In this document: piece by piece, positions 38,842-51,164 of the stretch
Layout: every line of letters starts with the position of its first letter
How positions within the stretch are numbered: the stretch's first letter is position 1
Source: Octopus bimaculoides
Lineage: Eukaryota
Assembly (NCBI RefSeq): GCF_001194135.2
Contig: NC_068997.1
Location: forward strand, 1,904,167 to 1,968,166
Direction of reading: 5' to 3'
DNA: 64,000 nt
The notes under the pieces: model-generated
Database searches by the model: none
Seen by the model: the letters and a program-made list of their open reading frames with translations, nothing else
Told to the model about the DNA's origin: nothing
Made by a program: the position numbers and the translations under genes

Positions 38842-39399
38842 CGTGCGTGTGTGTGGAGTAGGGAAGTTTTGTTTAGAGTGCGTATCTGTGTGTATAAATT
38901 TGTGTCAGAAAGGTCACTTTCCTGAGTGTAGCACAAATATATTCCACTAAAACTACTGCCTGTTTTTGAATGAAAATAGTTCACTGAATTTTGTATAAAT
39001 CCTGTATAAACTTGAGCCATGAATGTTTTGGATTGAAAGTTCATTACTACGACTAGTCAAAAATTCTACAACAAATGAGCTAACCCAAACAATGGATTAT
39101 TCAAAGAATGTGCTATTATAAAATGCAAGAATAAGGTCTTGCAGAGAGAGCTTCCCAAATCGCTTCTTTTAAAATTGCTGTGTCGCTTATAAAATAATAA
39201 ACCTCCTTTCAACAGGATACAGTAGTGTACGTTATTACTTCGTTGGAATTAGTTTGAGCTTACACATAGATAGACACATACAAACACACATGTCCGCAAT
39301 AAATAATGCGCAAGTTGAATGCAAATATTTCGTGAAAGAATGTAAAACTATGAAATAAAACAGAAAAGTATCTCTAAAATATTTCGTCTGTAATTGTCA

Positions 39400-39948
39400 G
39401 TTGAAAGTGCATGACCATCACAGTCGTGCTGAGGTACAAATCCAATATAACCGTCATGACTACCTGTCTAATAAAGGTACATAAGACACATACACCACAA
39501 CTATATAAGCAAGACATGGTGATTTCGTATCAAGGTAACCAGCGCGTAACCTTGCATGTGGAAACCAGTTACAATTTCCATCAGTTCGACTAGCCCATCC
39601 CGTTTAAAAGATCCTTGAATAAGGATTGTTTAAGGATGATGAACGAAACATCCATGTTTCCCGACGTGAATTATTCAAATATCAAATAATTCCTCTCAAC
39701 ACATGGCTTTGATGCTCAACCGCTATTCCTGCTCCTGATCAGAGATGTACATATCGTCAGCCACCAAGGGACATGTTCAACTGGTTAACGTCAAGCAACT
39801 GACAAGCAAATCTGTATTGTATTGAGCAGAATATTTGCTGTAGCTTATCTTTGACATCAAGACAAAACAATGAACATGATAAAACTTCCAAACAGTCAAG
39901 ATCAGAAACCATGAGAGCCACTAACTGGTACTGCATCAGGATATTTAT
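39400..39948 (-). mobile_element. Element D, ~550 bp, diverged copy
   Basis: Colinear with 50225-50775 over its length; the 5' end abuts (AAT)n. Confidence 0.8.
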
Positions 39949-39969
39949 TATTATTATTATTATTATTAT

Positions 39970-40010
<41 letters not shown>

Positions 40011-40038
40011 CTAGTAGTAGTAGTAGTAGTAGTAGTAC

Positions 40039-40070
<32 letters not shown>

Positions 40071-40082
40071 TCATTATTATTA

Positions 40083-40114
<32 letters not shown>

Positions 40115-40574
40115 GTTATTATTATTATTATTATTATTACCATTATCCCATTACACATAAACCTCTAACATTCCTAATAAGTGTTTTACAAACAATCTCC
40201 CACCATCACCGCAACCAACACCATCACTCCCACTATCACTTCTACCACCACAATCGACAACATTGCCGTGGCCACTGCCGTCGCCGTCACCACAGCCACT
40301 ATTATATATATAGATTCTGTCTAATGTGTATCTTGTCTCATTTTTAGATGGAAACCATTGATGCGTTGATAGCAATATGAAATAATTAACCCAACTCTAC
40401 ATAAATGGACTCCAGACTTAGTTGACAGTCAATTTATAGGATATACATTGATAAATACATACATACGTACATACATAAATGCATACATACATATATACAA
40501 AAATGCACCCAGCACAAACACACACACATAAATGTGTATATATATACATATATATGTATATATAGATGTATATG

Positions 40575-40607
<33 letters not shown>

Positions 40608-40625
40608 AGATATATGTGTTATACA

Positions 40626-40709
<84 letters not shown>

Positions 40710-40722
40710 GTGTCATACATAC

Positions 40723-40763
<41 letters not shown>

Positions 40764-41550
40764 CTACTGTAGATTATTTCTTTCATATTTCTGTCGCCTG
40801 ACTTGCTGCAACTGATAGAGAATGTCTCTCAAATCACTGTAAACAACTGCCCCACTCACTGAACCTCAATGCATATACGAATTACGAATTAGTCAACTGG
40901 TTGGTAAATAATATGCAGGCATACGTAAGTACGCACATATATATGTAGATATAAATATACATATATATATATATATTTATTACAGGTATGTATACGTGTG
41001 CGTGCGTGCGTACGTCCGTGTGTGTGTGTGTGTGTGTGTGTGTTTGTGAGTGTATGTGCGTGTGTTTCTATGTTTCTCTCTTTGACGACATGTATGACTG
41101 TATATGCCTATGTGAAGATATATATGTATATATATGTGTGCGTATGTGTGTGTGTGTTTGTGTGTGTGTATGTATGTATATTTGTCTGATTAATATTAAC
41201 ATGTGTACTATTTATTATTTATCAGTCATATACTCATTCTGGTGCATATTATCAATGACGTCATATATGAATTGGTTAGTTTTCTTCATATCCTCCATCT
41301 TTTCTCTGTTATTTCTTCTATTGTTATTATTATTTTCATAAGTAGTTACTACATGAAGCGTAATCGCGTATTCTCGCTCGTTACTAAACTCCCCGTCTAG
41401 TTCTTCTTTCTCTCCCTCTGTGTGTGTGTGTGTGTGTGTGTATGTATATATATGTATGTATAATTTTCGTATGAATATGCATGTGCCTGTGTATATATGT
41501 TGTGTCTGAGCGTACGTGTATGCATACATTTAGATATACACATATGTATG

Positions 41551-41584
<34 letters not shown>

Positions 41585-42325
41585 TGTATGTATATATGTA
41601 TGCATATATTGTGCAATTACTTCCAAATTCATGACCGGAAGTAGTCCGATTATAAACATGCTAACCGTGTCCTATATTTCAAGACGGAAGCTTTCTGGAA
41701 ATACTTTACTGCCCAGTGCCTATCCTCTGAGACAGATGAGTTGTAAACCAGAATACCATAGTGATACGACGGCAATTGACGTTATAAGGGGTGTCCCCCA
41801 CCTCTACCAGCTTTTTATACCCACAACAGATCTATTTAGAAACAAGCTTAGGTATGTGTATTTCCTTTCGCTTCTATCATCACAGCCAACACCAACACCA
41901 CCACAGCCACCAGAACCACCACTAAAGATACAGAAGATCGGATGGATGAATGAATGGATGGATGGATGGATGGATAGATGGATGGATGGATGGATCTATA
42001 AATTTCGACGATGACCAGTCAATGAATTGAATTACACGGTCGATAAGCTTACAAGTAAATGGCTGAGTATTCTGAAAATACGTTTGCCTTCTACAGCCAA
42101 AGCAACGTTACACATGACACTACAAAAATTTGAAAATCAGGCACAGTTCATTTTCGTTCGCTAAGTGTTTTGGACGATTCTAGGTTACGCGATACAAGAC
42201 AGCTGATAGATATACCCCACCTAGAATCGAAACTGGAATCACTTGATTTCCTATCGAACACCCATTATTCTTGGTCATACCTTCGACCTCACAGTATGGC
42301 ATGTATGTATGTATGTATGTATATG

Positions 42326-42366
<41 letters not shown>

Positions 42367-42911
42367 NNNNNNNNNNNNNNNNNNNNNNNNNNNNNNNNNN
42401 NNNNNNNNNNNNNNNNNNNNNNNNNNNNNNNNNNNNNNNNNNNNNNNNNNNNNNNNNNNNNNNNNNNNNNNNNNNNNNNNNNNNNNNNNNNNNNNNNNNN
42501 NNNNNNNNNNNNNNNNNNNNNNNNNNNNNNNNNNNNNNNNNNNNNNNNNNNNNNNNNNNNNNNNNNNNNNNNNNNNNNNNNNNNNNNNNNNNNNNNNNNN
42601 NNNNNNNNNNNNNNNNNNNNNNNNNNNNNNNNNNNNNNNNNNNNNNNNNNNNNNNNNNNNNNNNNNNNNNNNNNNNNNNNNNNNNNNNNNNNNNNNNNNN
42701 NNNNNNNNNNNNNNNNNNNNNNNNNNNNNNNNNNNNNNNNNNNNNNNNNNNNNNNNNNNNNNNNNNNNNNNNNNNNNNNNNNNNNNNNNNNNNNNNNNNN
42801 NNNNNNNNNNNNNNNNNNNNNNNNNNNNNNNNNNNNNNNNNNNNNNNNNNNNNNNNNNNNNNNNNNNNNNNNNNNNNNNNNNNNNNNNNNTATATATATA
42901 TATATATATAT

Positions 42912-43055
42912 ATTGTTGTGTCTGGGGAGAGTCAATTTTCTTTTAGTGCCTTATAATTTAACACTCACCGGTAAAATTTCCACTCAGTTACTTCGTTATT
43001 TTTCTAAAATTTTCCTGTTGCGTCTTGCAACCTTTTCAATGGTTGTTGACTGTGT
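42912..43055 (+). repeat. Unclassified repeat 'I', copy 2
   Basis: GTTGTGTCTGGGGAGAGTC...CACTCACCGGTAAAATTTCCACTC matches 2465-2580. Confidence 0.7.
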
Positions 43056-44255
43056 CCGGTATTCAAGCTGCGTTCTATTTGTTTGTTTGTGCGCATGTGT
43101 GGGCAGTGCGTGTGCGCACACACATGTATGTATGTATGTATGTATGCATGTATGTATGCATGCATGTAAGTGTGTGTGCATGTATGTATGTGTATGTGCG
43201 TATAGACATATGTATGTACGTGTGTACGTTTGTGTGTATGAATTTTGTGTGTTTGTGTTTGTGTGTTTTTATGTGTGTGTGTGTGCTTCTGTCTCCTTGT
43301 GCGTGCATGTCCGTGTGTGTGTGTGTGTATGGGTTTTTACGACTATGTACTGTGTCGATATGTATGGATGTGTATCTCTATATGTATAGATGTGTGTCTC
43401 CATACGTGTCCTTGTGTGAAGTAAAGTGTGTGTGTATATGGTCATGTGTTTCAGTCTTCCTTTGCGTATGTGTGTATGTGTGATTGTCTGTTCATCTTAC
43501 CTATGTACCTATCCGTCTGTATGTCTATCTGTTTATTTTCATATCCATTTGGCTACATACATGTGCATATAAATACACATACACACACACACATACATAC
43601 ATCTTCATAACAGCCCACTAACTATTCTACCTGTGTATAAATATAAACTTTGGGTATGGGGGGGTATGATTAAGTACTACGTATATTTCCTATTTAGTAC
43701 TGGGGATGTTTCCTTTATGAGGACGTACTACTGTTATTTGTCTGTATTTGGGTCCTTCGGGTACTTGGATAAAATGCGGTTGTCAAGTTTACCCAGGTTG
43801 CCTCCCTGTTGGTCATTGGCATGTTGGTAGAGTATTGTTGTTGTTGTTGGCATCTTTTGTCTAGGGAGACAATGGAGTTGTGCATAAACTATTCCAGTCT
43901 GGTTTTTACATTTCATGTCCTCTCCAGTTTTGCACAGGCCTGGAATAGATGTAAGAAAATCCTCGGTAGCCCAATCGTCAGGATCCCTCTCTCGACATTG
44001 CTAACGTAGTCCAAAGGTGTGCAGAGCATTACGTTTGGCACCAGCACCAGCTAGGTTGCAGGAGCTGCCTGAAGCGTGTCGAGTCAAACACTAAACCGCA
44101 TACGAGGCCCCACTCCGGATTTCTTCGAAGGTTGTCTCCTTTCCGTAACCATGGAAAAGGGCCCATACTGGATACTGTCAGCCGCACCCAGCTGAGCCCG
44201 GAACTCGTGTCAGGCAGGGTCGTCACTCCCTAAAGTAGTGACGAAAATCGCTACC

Positions 44256-45478
44256 CACTACCTAGAGTATGGAGGACTATATTTTGTCGTCATATTGTCT
44301 CAAAAGTTCATTTAGACTTTCCACTATACTCTAAGATGTCTCACCTATGTATGTCATGTTCATATTTTTACAAGCACCTTCTATGCATCTTATGCTGTAG
44401 ACTACATTTCTGGTTCTACAGTTAATGCCATGGCTAATCCTACATACAATGCAGTTATCATTGGTGCATATGGTATTCTCAAAGGGGTACGTCCTACATA
44501 GTTGTGATCTGATGGAGTTCCTTGGCTTTTCAACAGTCTTGATGTTGAGTTTGATCTTCTTCATAGCTTTCCTAAATCTACGGGCTAGTTCTCCATGGGC
44601 TGTGGCCTCTACAAACATCACTCCTTGATATGTGTCGGTTTTATACCACGTATTCACCCTGTTTGCTTTGTTACAAGCTCTTTGTATCCTATTCCAATCT
44701 TTGGTTTCATTACATATGTAATCTAACTTCTTTATAGCACTCCTGTATACTCGAACCCTATCTTTCTGATCATATCCAGAGAATTGCATGCAGTGCATGA
44801 AGTTCTGTACAAGTTTCTTCGTTTAATAGGGTTTGTATAGTGGGGACACGTTATTCAGTATCCTAAGTAAGTCTGCTATCAGTATGTTTATTTTCACGTT
44901 GTGTGACAAAGCAGAGTTCTTGTGATCAACATATTTCGAAGCTATGGATTTCATGTAGTAGGAGTAGAGGAGCTGCACTCTGTTCACGGTCTCTAACCAA
45001 AGTTCAGTAGCAATGAGGAGGAGGAGTCTATGGTATTCTCAAAGGGGTACGTCCTACATAGTTGCGAGGTGTCTAGTGGGGTAATCTACAGTTACCTTGA
45101 TACTTTGGTGGATGGAGTTAGCTACTTGCTGGATGCTCTCCATTATGCTCCTTTTAGTTTCTGCATTACCGTTACTAGGATATTAATATCAGCTACATAC
45201 CTACTGTAAAGTAGAAGAGTTGCGAACTGTTCTGCTAAGGATTGCTTAAGATTTCTGTCCCACCAGGTCATGAAGAGGCCGGCCACATCTCCAGTTACAC
45301 CGATACCAATGGCTGCAGCTTGAACCTGCATGTATAGTTAGTTTCTTGTTAAACTTTACTATGTGGTTCTTCAAGGTGGTTCTTATGCTAGCCCCTATTG
45401 CATGTGCAATCATTCCTTTCCCCTGATTGTTGTTCTCAGTCTCTTGGGTGAGGACACTATGCAATGTGGCCAGCGCTT
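44256..45478 (-). mobile_element. Penelope-like element (Neptune-like): RT C-half, Cys-rich linker, start of GIY-YIG
   Basis: KNHIVKFN, AIGIGVTGDVAGLFMTWWD, LYSRYVADINI (YVDD-like), VTVDYP, YMKSIAS, MQFSGY, CTNDNCIVC...NCRTRNVVYSIRC...C...YIGETS. Confidence 0.88.
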
Positions 45479-45479
45479 T

Positions 45480-45575
45480 GCGGTACGAAAGAGAATGACT
45501 CTCCCCAGACACAACAAAATATGCTTCAACACACGAACTCACACAAAGAATCTTGCAGACCAAATCCCCAAAGGA
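45480..45575 (-). repeat. Unclassified repeat 'I', copy 3
   Basis: Reverse complement TGCAAGATTCTTTGTGTGAGTTCGTGTGTTGAAGCATATTTTGTTGTGTCTGGGGAGAGTC. Confidence 0.7.
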
Positions 45576-45599
45576 AATATATATATATATATATATATA

Positions 45600-45800
45600 T
45601 TACTCTTTTACTTGTTTCAGTCATTTGACTGCGGCCATGCTGGAGCAACGCTTTTAGTCGAGCAAATCGACCCCAGGAATTATTGTTTGTAAGCCTAGTA
45701 CTTATTCTATGGGTCTCTAGGGCCGAACCGCTAAGTTACGGGTACGTAAACACACCAGCATCGGTTGTCAAGCGATGCTGGAGGGACAAACACAGACACA
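45600..45800 (-). mobile_element. SINE family B, 3' part, young
   Basis: TACTCTTTTACTTGTTTCAGTCATTTGACTGCGGCCATGCTGGAGC...; continues into (CA)n/(TA)n. Confidence 0.88.
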
Positions 45801-45837
45801 CAAACACACACACACACACACACACACACGCGCACAT

Positions 45838-45869
<32 letters not shown>

Positions 45870-46720
45870 GTGTGTGTGTGTGTCTGTATATGTATATATA
45901 TGTATGTATACATTTATCTAAATATATATATATATATCTAAGGAGAGAAAATGAGTGAATGAGAGAGTGATAAGTATATGTGTGTGTGTGTGTGTGTGTG
46001 AGTGTGCGCGCGCGCGTGCGTGCGTGCTCGTGCGTGTGAACATCTGAGGCGTGAAGTGATTGAGCTGACACCACCCCTTACCCTATCTGTAAGCACACTA
46101 CGTGTTATTTCAATTTTTCTTACGAAGTTCGTTGTTGTAATTCACTTGCCCTTTAGTAGGAAGTTTTCTCAATGATTATTATTTAAATGGGTTTGTGTTG
46201 TTGAATAAATATTATTTCATTGTCTACTTGTTTTCGATTTACTCTGTACAATCGATAATGAACATGCTCAAAATTACAGATCAAGTTAATACATATGTTA
46301 AAAACAAATCGATATCGTAATAACATACCGTCTCTGTTGATATTTCATTTTGTAACAATTGATTTATATGAATTGCTTGTTGTTACTGCTTCTCTGATAT
46401 AATTGATCAATGTCGTACCTGATACGATTTCCCGCTCTTTCATTCAGACCTGTTATATCAAGTTCTGTAAAAGTCAGATGTTGAAAACAGCAGTGTTGAG
46501 ATTGTTTGAAAATTGGTGTAAAATCGAAGAGAATTTCAATGTTAAATTCCTTACTTAAGTCATATATCACTTGAGCCTTGCGCACATCTTATATAAGCTC
46601 TCTGGAGAAGGGCACATTTCATTATGACTCCTTAAACATCTAAACGTCAAACAATGAGATACTAGGTATTTAACTCCGTAATCAGCTTATATAGTTACAA
46701 TGTTTATATTTGCACAATAA

Positions 46721-46930
46721 GGCAGCGTGCTGGCAGAATCTGTTGTACGCCCGGCAAAATGCTTGGCATTTCGTCCGTCTTTTCGATCTGAGTTTGAATA
46801 CGAGTGAGGTCGACTTTGCCTTTCATCCCTTCGGGTTCGATTAAGTAAGTAGCAGTTGGGCACCGAGGGTCGATGAAATCGACCCATCCCCTCCTCGAAT
46901 TGGTTGGTTTTATTCCAAGATTTGAAACCA
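46721..46930 (+). mobile_element. SINE family A
   Basis: GGCAGCGTGCTGGCAGAATC...GAGGTCGACTTTGCCTTTCATCC. Confidence 0.8.
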
Positions 46931-47264
46931 ATATTTATATACGCACTACGGTTTTAGCTTCTCAAGATTTGACGTCTGTCATTTCAAAAGTATACGTTTT
47001 CAATTTTTTTTTTATATATTCATTATATTTCGTCTAGTTTCTTTTTCCGTCGTCTGCAGGTATCCTGTTTCTGGATTGAGATATTATCAGAGATTGGAAA
47101 TGAACTAGAAAGCATCATTTCTAAAATACATTTAGCAATACTTCTATGCCCTGAAATAGGATAAGGACCCGAGATTAAGCTTAGAGCAACGTCACGTTAC
47201 CGTGAATATCAGAAGTATACACTCAAAGGGTGAGGTTAACATTATCATAATGCGTGTATCTTTT

Positions 47265-47651
47265 ATCTTTTACTAGTTTCAGTCATTAAGCTGCGGCCAT
47301 ATTGGGGCACCGCCTCGAAGAAAATTTGTAGTTGAATTAATCGAGCCCACTACGTTTTTTTTTTCATTTTCTTAATCCTGGTATTTATTTTAACGGCCTC
47401 TTTTGCTGAACCGCTAGATGCGGGAACATAAATACACCAACACCGGTTGTCACGTGGTAGTGGTGTACAAACACAGAAACACATAAATACGACAAGGTTC
47501 TTTCTATTTCCGTCTGCTAGCTCCATTCACGAGGCTTTGGTCGACCGGAGGCAATAGTAAAAGACACGTGCCCAAGGTGCCACTCAGTGGGACTGAACAT
47601 AGAAACATGTGGCTGGTAAGCAAAGTTTTTACCTCACGCTCACGCCTGCAC
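47265..47651 (-). mobile_element. SINE family B, full length
   Basis: Colinear with 794-1187. Confidence 0.88.
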
Positions 47652-47704
47652 CGCCGGATTTGCTTTCAATTATATTTATCTAAAACAAAAAGATCCTATA
47701 TGCG

Positions 47705-47990
47705 CATAGGCGTATAGGCGTATAAGAAGCTTGCTTCTCAACCACATGGTTCCAGGTTCAGTCTCACTACGCGGAAACTTGGGCCGACCAAAGCATTGTG
47801 AGTGGATTTGGTAGGCGGAAACTGGAAGAAAACTGTTGTTAATGTATGTATATTTATGTGTATGTGTCTGTTGTCACTTGACAGCAGATGTTGGTGTGTT
47901 TATGTCCCCGTAACTACGGCAAATGAGACCCATAGAATAAGTACTAGGATTACAGAGAATAACGACTGAAAGATGTAAAAGAATAAAAGA
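47705..47990 (+). mobile_element. SINE family B, head-to-head with the preceding copy
   Basis: AAGCTTGCTTCTCAACCACATGGTTCCAGGTTCAGTC...GAGTGGATTTGGTAGGCGGAAACTG...AGAATAAGTACTAGG. Confidence 0.85.
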
Positions 47991-48029
47991 ATAAGTATAA
48001 ACGCGGAAATGTATGTGTGGGTACGAGGG

Positions 48030-48625
48030 AAGTGGATTACATCGATACATCGATTTTAGTATTTCCCTAGTACTTTATTTTATCGATCTCGGGAGGATGA
48101 AAGGCAAGTTGACCCAGCAGAATTTTAACTTTAGAAAGCAAAGGATAACAATTAAATATCACAATGTATTTTAATCTGACACATCTGCGATACTTATAAT
48201 CCACCATCGTTATCCGATATGAAATTTGTTACAAAAATTGCAACTTGCAACAGATTAGTAGAATCGGTGGAAAGTCGAACAATATACAAGGGTTTCTACA
48301 TTTTACGTTCTGAGTTCAAATCTAGCCGATGTCAACTTCTTTTTCATCACTCAGGGATCAATAACATAAAGTTCCAGTCAGGGACGATGTTGTCAATTAA
48401 TCTCCTTCACCTGAAATTTACTGGTCATGTACCTAAAATCAGGAGCAATTATCTTCACTGAATCATTAGTTCCGCCTTTTTTAGGTTCTGAGTTCAAACT
48501 CTGCCGACGTTAAATCCGACTTTCATTTATTTTTGATCAAATAAAGTACCAGTTAAATATCGGGGCCTACTTAATCGAGTGACTCCTTATTGAGAAAATG
48601 GTGACCTCATACTTAGGCTAATAAC
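48030..48625. mobile_element. Three diverged SINE A copies: ~48030-48200 (-), 48235-48445 (+), 48480-48625 (+)
   Basis: TTCTGAGTTCAAA B-box and the TTTCATC core, or their reverse complements. Confidence 0.7.
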
Positions 48626-49445
48626 AATTTTTTTATTTGGACTGGTGGATATGAGTTTGTGGCTTGGAACGTTAGATGCCTTGTACATTTATTTATACAC
48701 CAAGCAAAGAGGCTCCTTGCAGAGTGAAGAAATTCCCCTCTCTATCCATCATCTTCAACTGCCACTTAAACTTCTTGCAACTACCCTGCAATTTGGAAAA
48801 TAACAATTCTGTGATAATTCCAAATTGCTTGATCCTACACATTTACGTTCAATTTCTCTGTAGCGTTCTTCTAAAATTCCCTTCTGTAGTAATTGGAAAG
48901 ATAACATATTACAATACCAACATTCAGCTAACATGTCGTCTGCTTTCAAAAGCATTTCGTCAATATCTGCAACATAATTCGTATGACTCTGTACCTTTAC
49001 TCACTCGTTTGTCTACCTCTTTCTTGTCGAAATTACATCTGTCAACATCTGCTTGTAAGTGTAAGACTCGGCCGATTTTCGCCAATTTCCTTGTTATTCT
49101 AACTACCATCTCAAGACTTTCTTTTGTCCGTTAGATTATTTCCGTACTTTACCTAACGATAAAGACGTTCTTGAATTATTTATATCATTCAGTTGGATTT
49201 TAATATTCTTTTTACCCTTCAGAAGTATTCTCTCTTGATGTTGGCTTTCGTTAGCCCACCCTTTATATCATCAGCTTCCAGAACTTTCAGATATATCTTC
49301 ATCATCGTCCTCCTTATCATCATTGTCATTTTCATCGTCATCGACGTCGTCGTTATCATCATCAGCATCACCATCATCAACCACAAATACGTTCTGAGAT
49401 CAAATTCAGCTTCAATCTTATTCTGTCCGTTTAATTTCGAATTAA

Positions 49446-50110
49446 GGATCAGTCTCTTTTATCTGCTTCATGACCTCTCCTAACGGTATCGATAGCCCGT
49501 CCATACATTTGATTTTGCTTCTCTCCAAGACTAACACACCACACTTTCTCAGTCCGAACTCCATTCCGATAACAGCACTGAAAGTATCAACGAGGAAATT
49601 GACTTGGGATTCATCTTTACCATAAAGTTTCAGGTCATCCATGAATAACAAATGTTTGAATTTTTGTTGGCGGCTTTTGCTTTCCTCAGAATCAGTTTTA
49701 GTGGTATCAAGCACAGTACAAATATCAGTGGGGACAGGCAGTTCCCCTTGAAGATGCCCCTCCTGATTTCTATTGTCCCTAAACTTCTTCCGTATGCTGT
49801 CAAGTCCGTCCTCCAATTCGCTATACTTTTTCCAAGCAATCGTTCAACATTCGATGCAATACCAAATAGGTTCATACATTCCATAATCTAAGAGTTGGGA
49901 TCGTATCGTACGCCTTACGATAGTCGATCCATGTCACGGCTAAGTCACTTTCCCTCCTCTTGCAGTCACTAAGTACAGTTTTATCTATCAAGAGTTGATC
50001 CTTGGTGCCTCTGCACTTACGCTTGCAACCTTTCTGTTCATGTGGCAGGACTCCATTTTTTCCAAATGTTCGTACATTGACTCTGCGAGTATTCCAGTCA
50101 ATAATTTCCA

Positions 50111-50113
<3 letters not shown>
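49446..50113 (-). mobile_element. R4/Dong-clade LINE RT domain, 5'-truncated (subfamily 2)
   Basis: [92 protein letters not shown]. Confidence 0.92.
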
Positions 50114-50173
<60 letters not shown>

Positions 50174-50224
50174 CATTATTATTATTATCATTATTATTAT
50201 TATTATTATTATTATCTTCATCAT

Positions 50225-50775
50225 TATAATGCATGCTGTCATTGTGACACTGGGGTAAAGTATATGAAGCCCAATATCCACATCATGATGACACGTCTGA
50301 TAAGGGTACACCACGCACATGCATCACAACCACATGTGCGCAACATGGTGGTCTCATATCAAGATAAACAGCGCACGGCCTGGCAAGTGGGGCCCAGTTA
50401 AAATTTCTTTTTCAGATGAAGTAGGCCAACTAGTTCAAAATGTCCCTGAATAATAGTTGTTTAAGGATGTTGAACGAAGCACTCATGATTCCAGAGGTGA
50501 ATTGCCCAAACCCCAAAAGAATTCCTTTCAACACAGGACTATAATGCTCCTCCACTACTTCTGCTCATGATCAGAGATGATACATTTATCGTCAGACACT
50601 AAGGGACCCACTCAACTGGTTCAGATCAAACAAATGACAAACAAATCTCTGGTATTGAGCAGAATATTTGTTGTATTTGTTTAAACCAAGACTAAACACT
50701 ATACATGATAACACTTCCAATCAGTTAAGATTAGAAGCTATGAGAGCCACGGCATGTTACTGTAGCACTGCATTT
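50225..50775 (-). mobile_element. Element D, ~550 bp, between two AAT tracts
   Basis: Homologous to 39400-39948 and 33685-33854; no long ORF and no tRNA A/B boxes seen. Confidence 0.82.
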
Positions 50776-50789
50776 ATTATTGTTATATG

Positions 50790-50900
50790 ATTCAATTTTG
50801 CTTTGTATATGTACAAGTTGAATCCAAGTCTCACTCAGAGACCTCAAAAGACAAGAAATTCAAGTTGGTGTTATGCATAGGGTACCATATATTTGGTTTT
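50790..50900 (-). mobile_element. R4/Dong subfamily 1 3' UTR
   Basis: GTACAAGTTGAATCCAAGTCTCACTCAGAGACCTCAA...AGGGTACCATATATTTGG matches 32940-33050. Confidence 0.82.
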
Positions 50901-50929
50901 GCATCATCATCATCATTATGATTGTTATT

Positions 50930-51105
50930 TCTCTACTTCTATTATACATCCCCTTTTATAACCTTTAATGTGGCAGTATCTCCCCTTGATTGACGTTAAC
51001 CCCACATGTTTTTGTTTTTGTAATTTTTTTTTATTGTACTGTAACTCGTCCTTCGATATTGTCCTTCATATCTTGGGCCCTTGTGGCGAATGAAAGAAAT
51101 CAGTA
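50930..51105 (+). mobile_element. Tx1-like LINE 3' UTR and tail
   Basis: CAGTATCTCCC...GTCCTTCGATAT...TCTTGGGCC matches 32760-32885; extends to CCCTTGTGGCGAATGAAAGAAATCAG, then (TAT)n. Confidence 0.7.
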
Positions 51106-51124
51106 TTATTATTATTATTATTAC

Positions 51125-51164
<40 letters not shown>

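Noticed and set aside
41600-41860. Open frame ending at AG|GTATGT
   Set aside because: No convincing acceptor and no recognisable homology.
47040-47165. Strong polypyrimidine-CAG acceptor at ~47059
   Set aside because: All three frames stop within ~35 codons and there is no supporting evidence; such sites are common in AT-rich DNA.
48676-49200. 152-aa plus-strand ORF
   Set aside because: No motif; it looks like the antisense of decayed A-rich, possibly LINE-derived sequence, which I could not classify.
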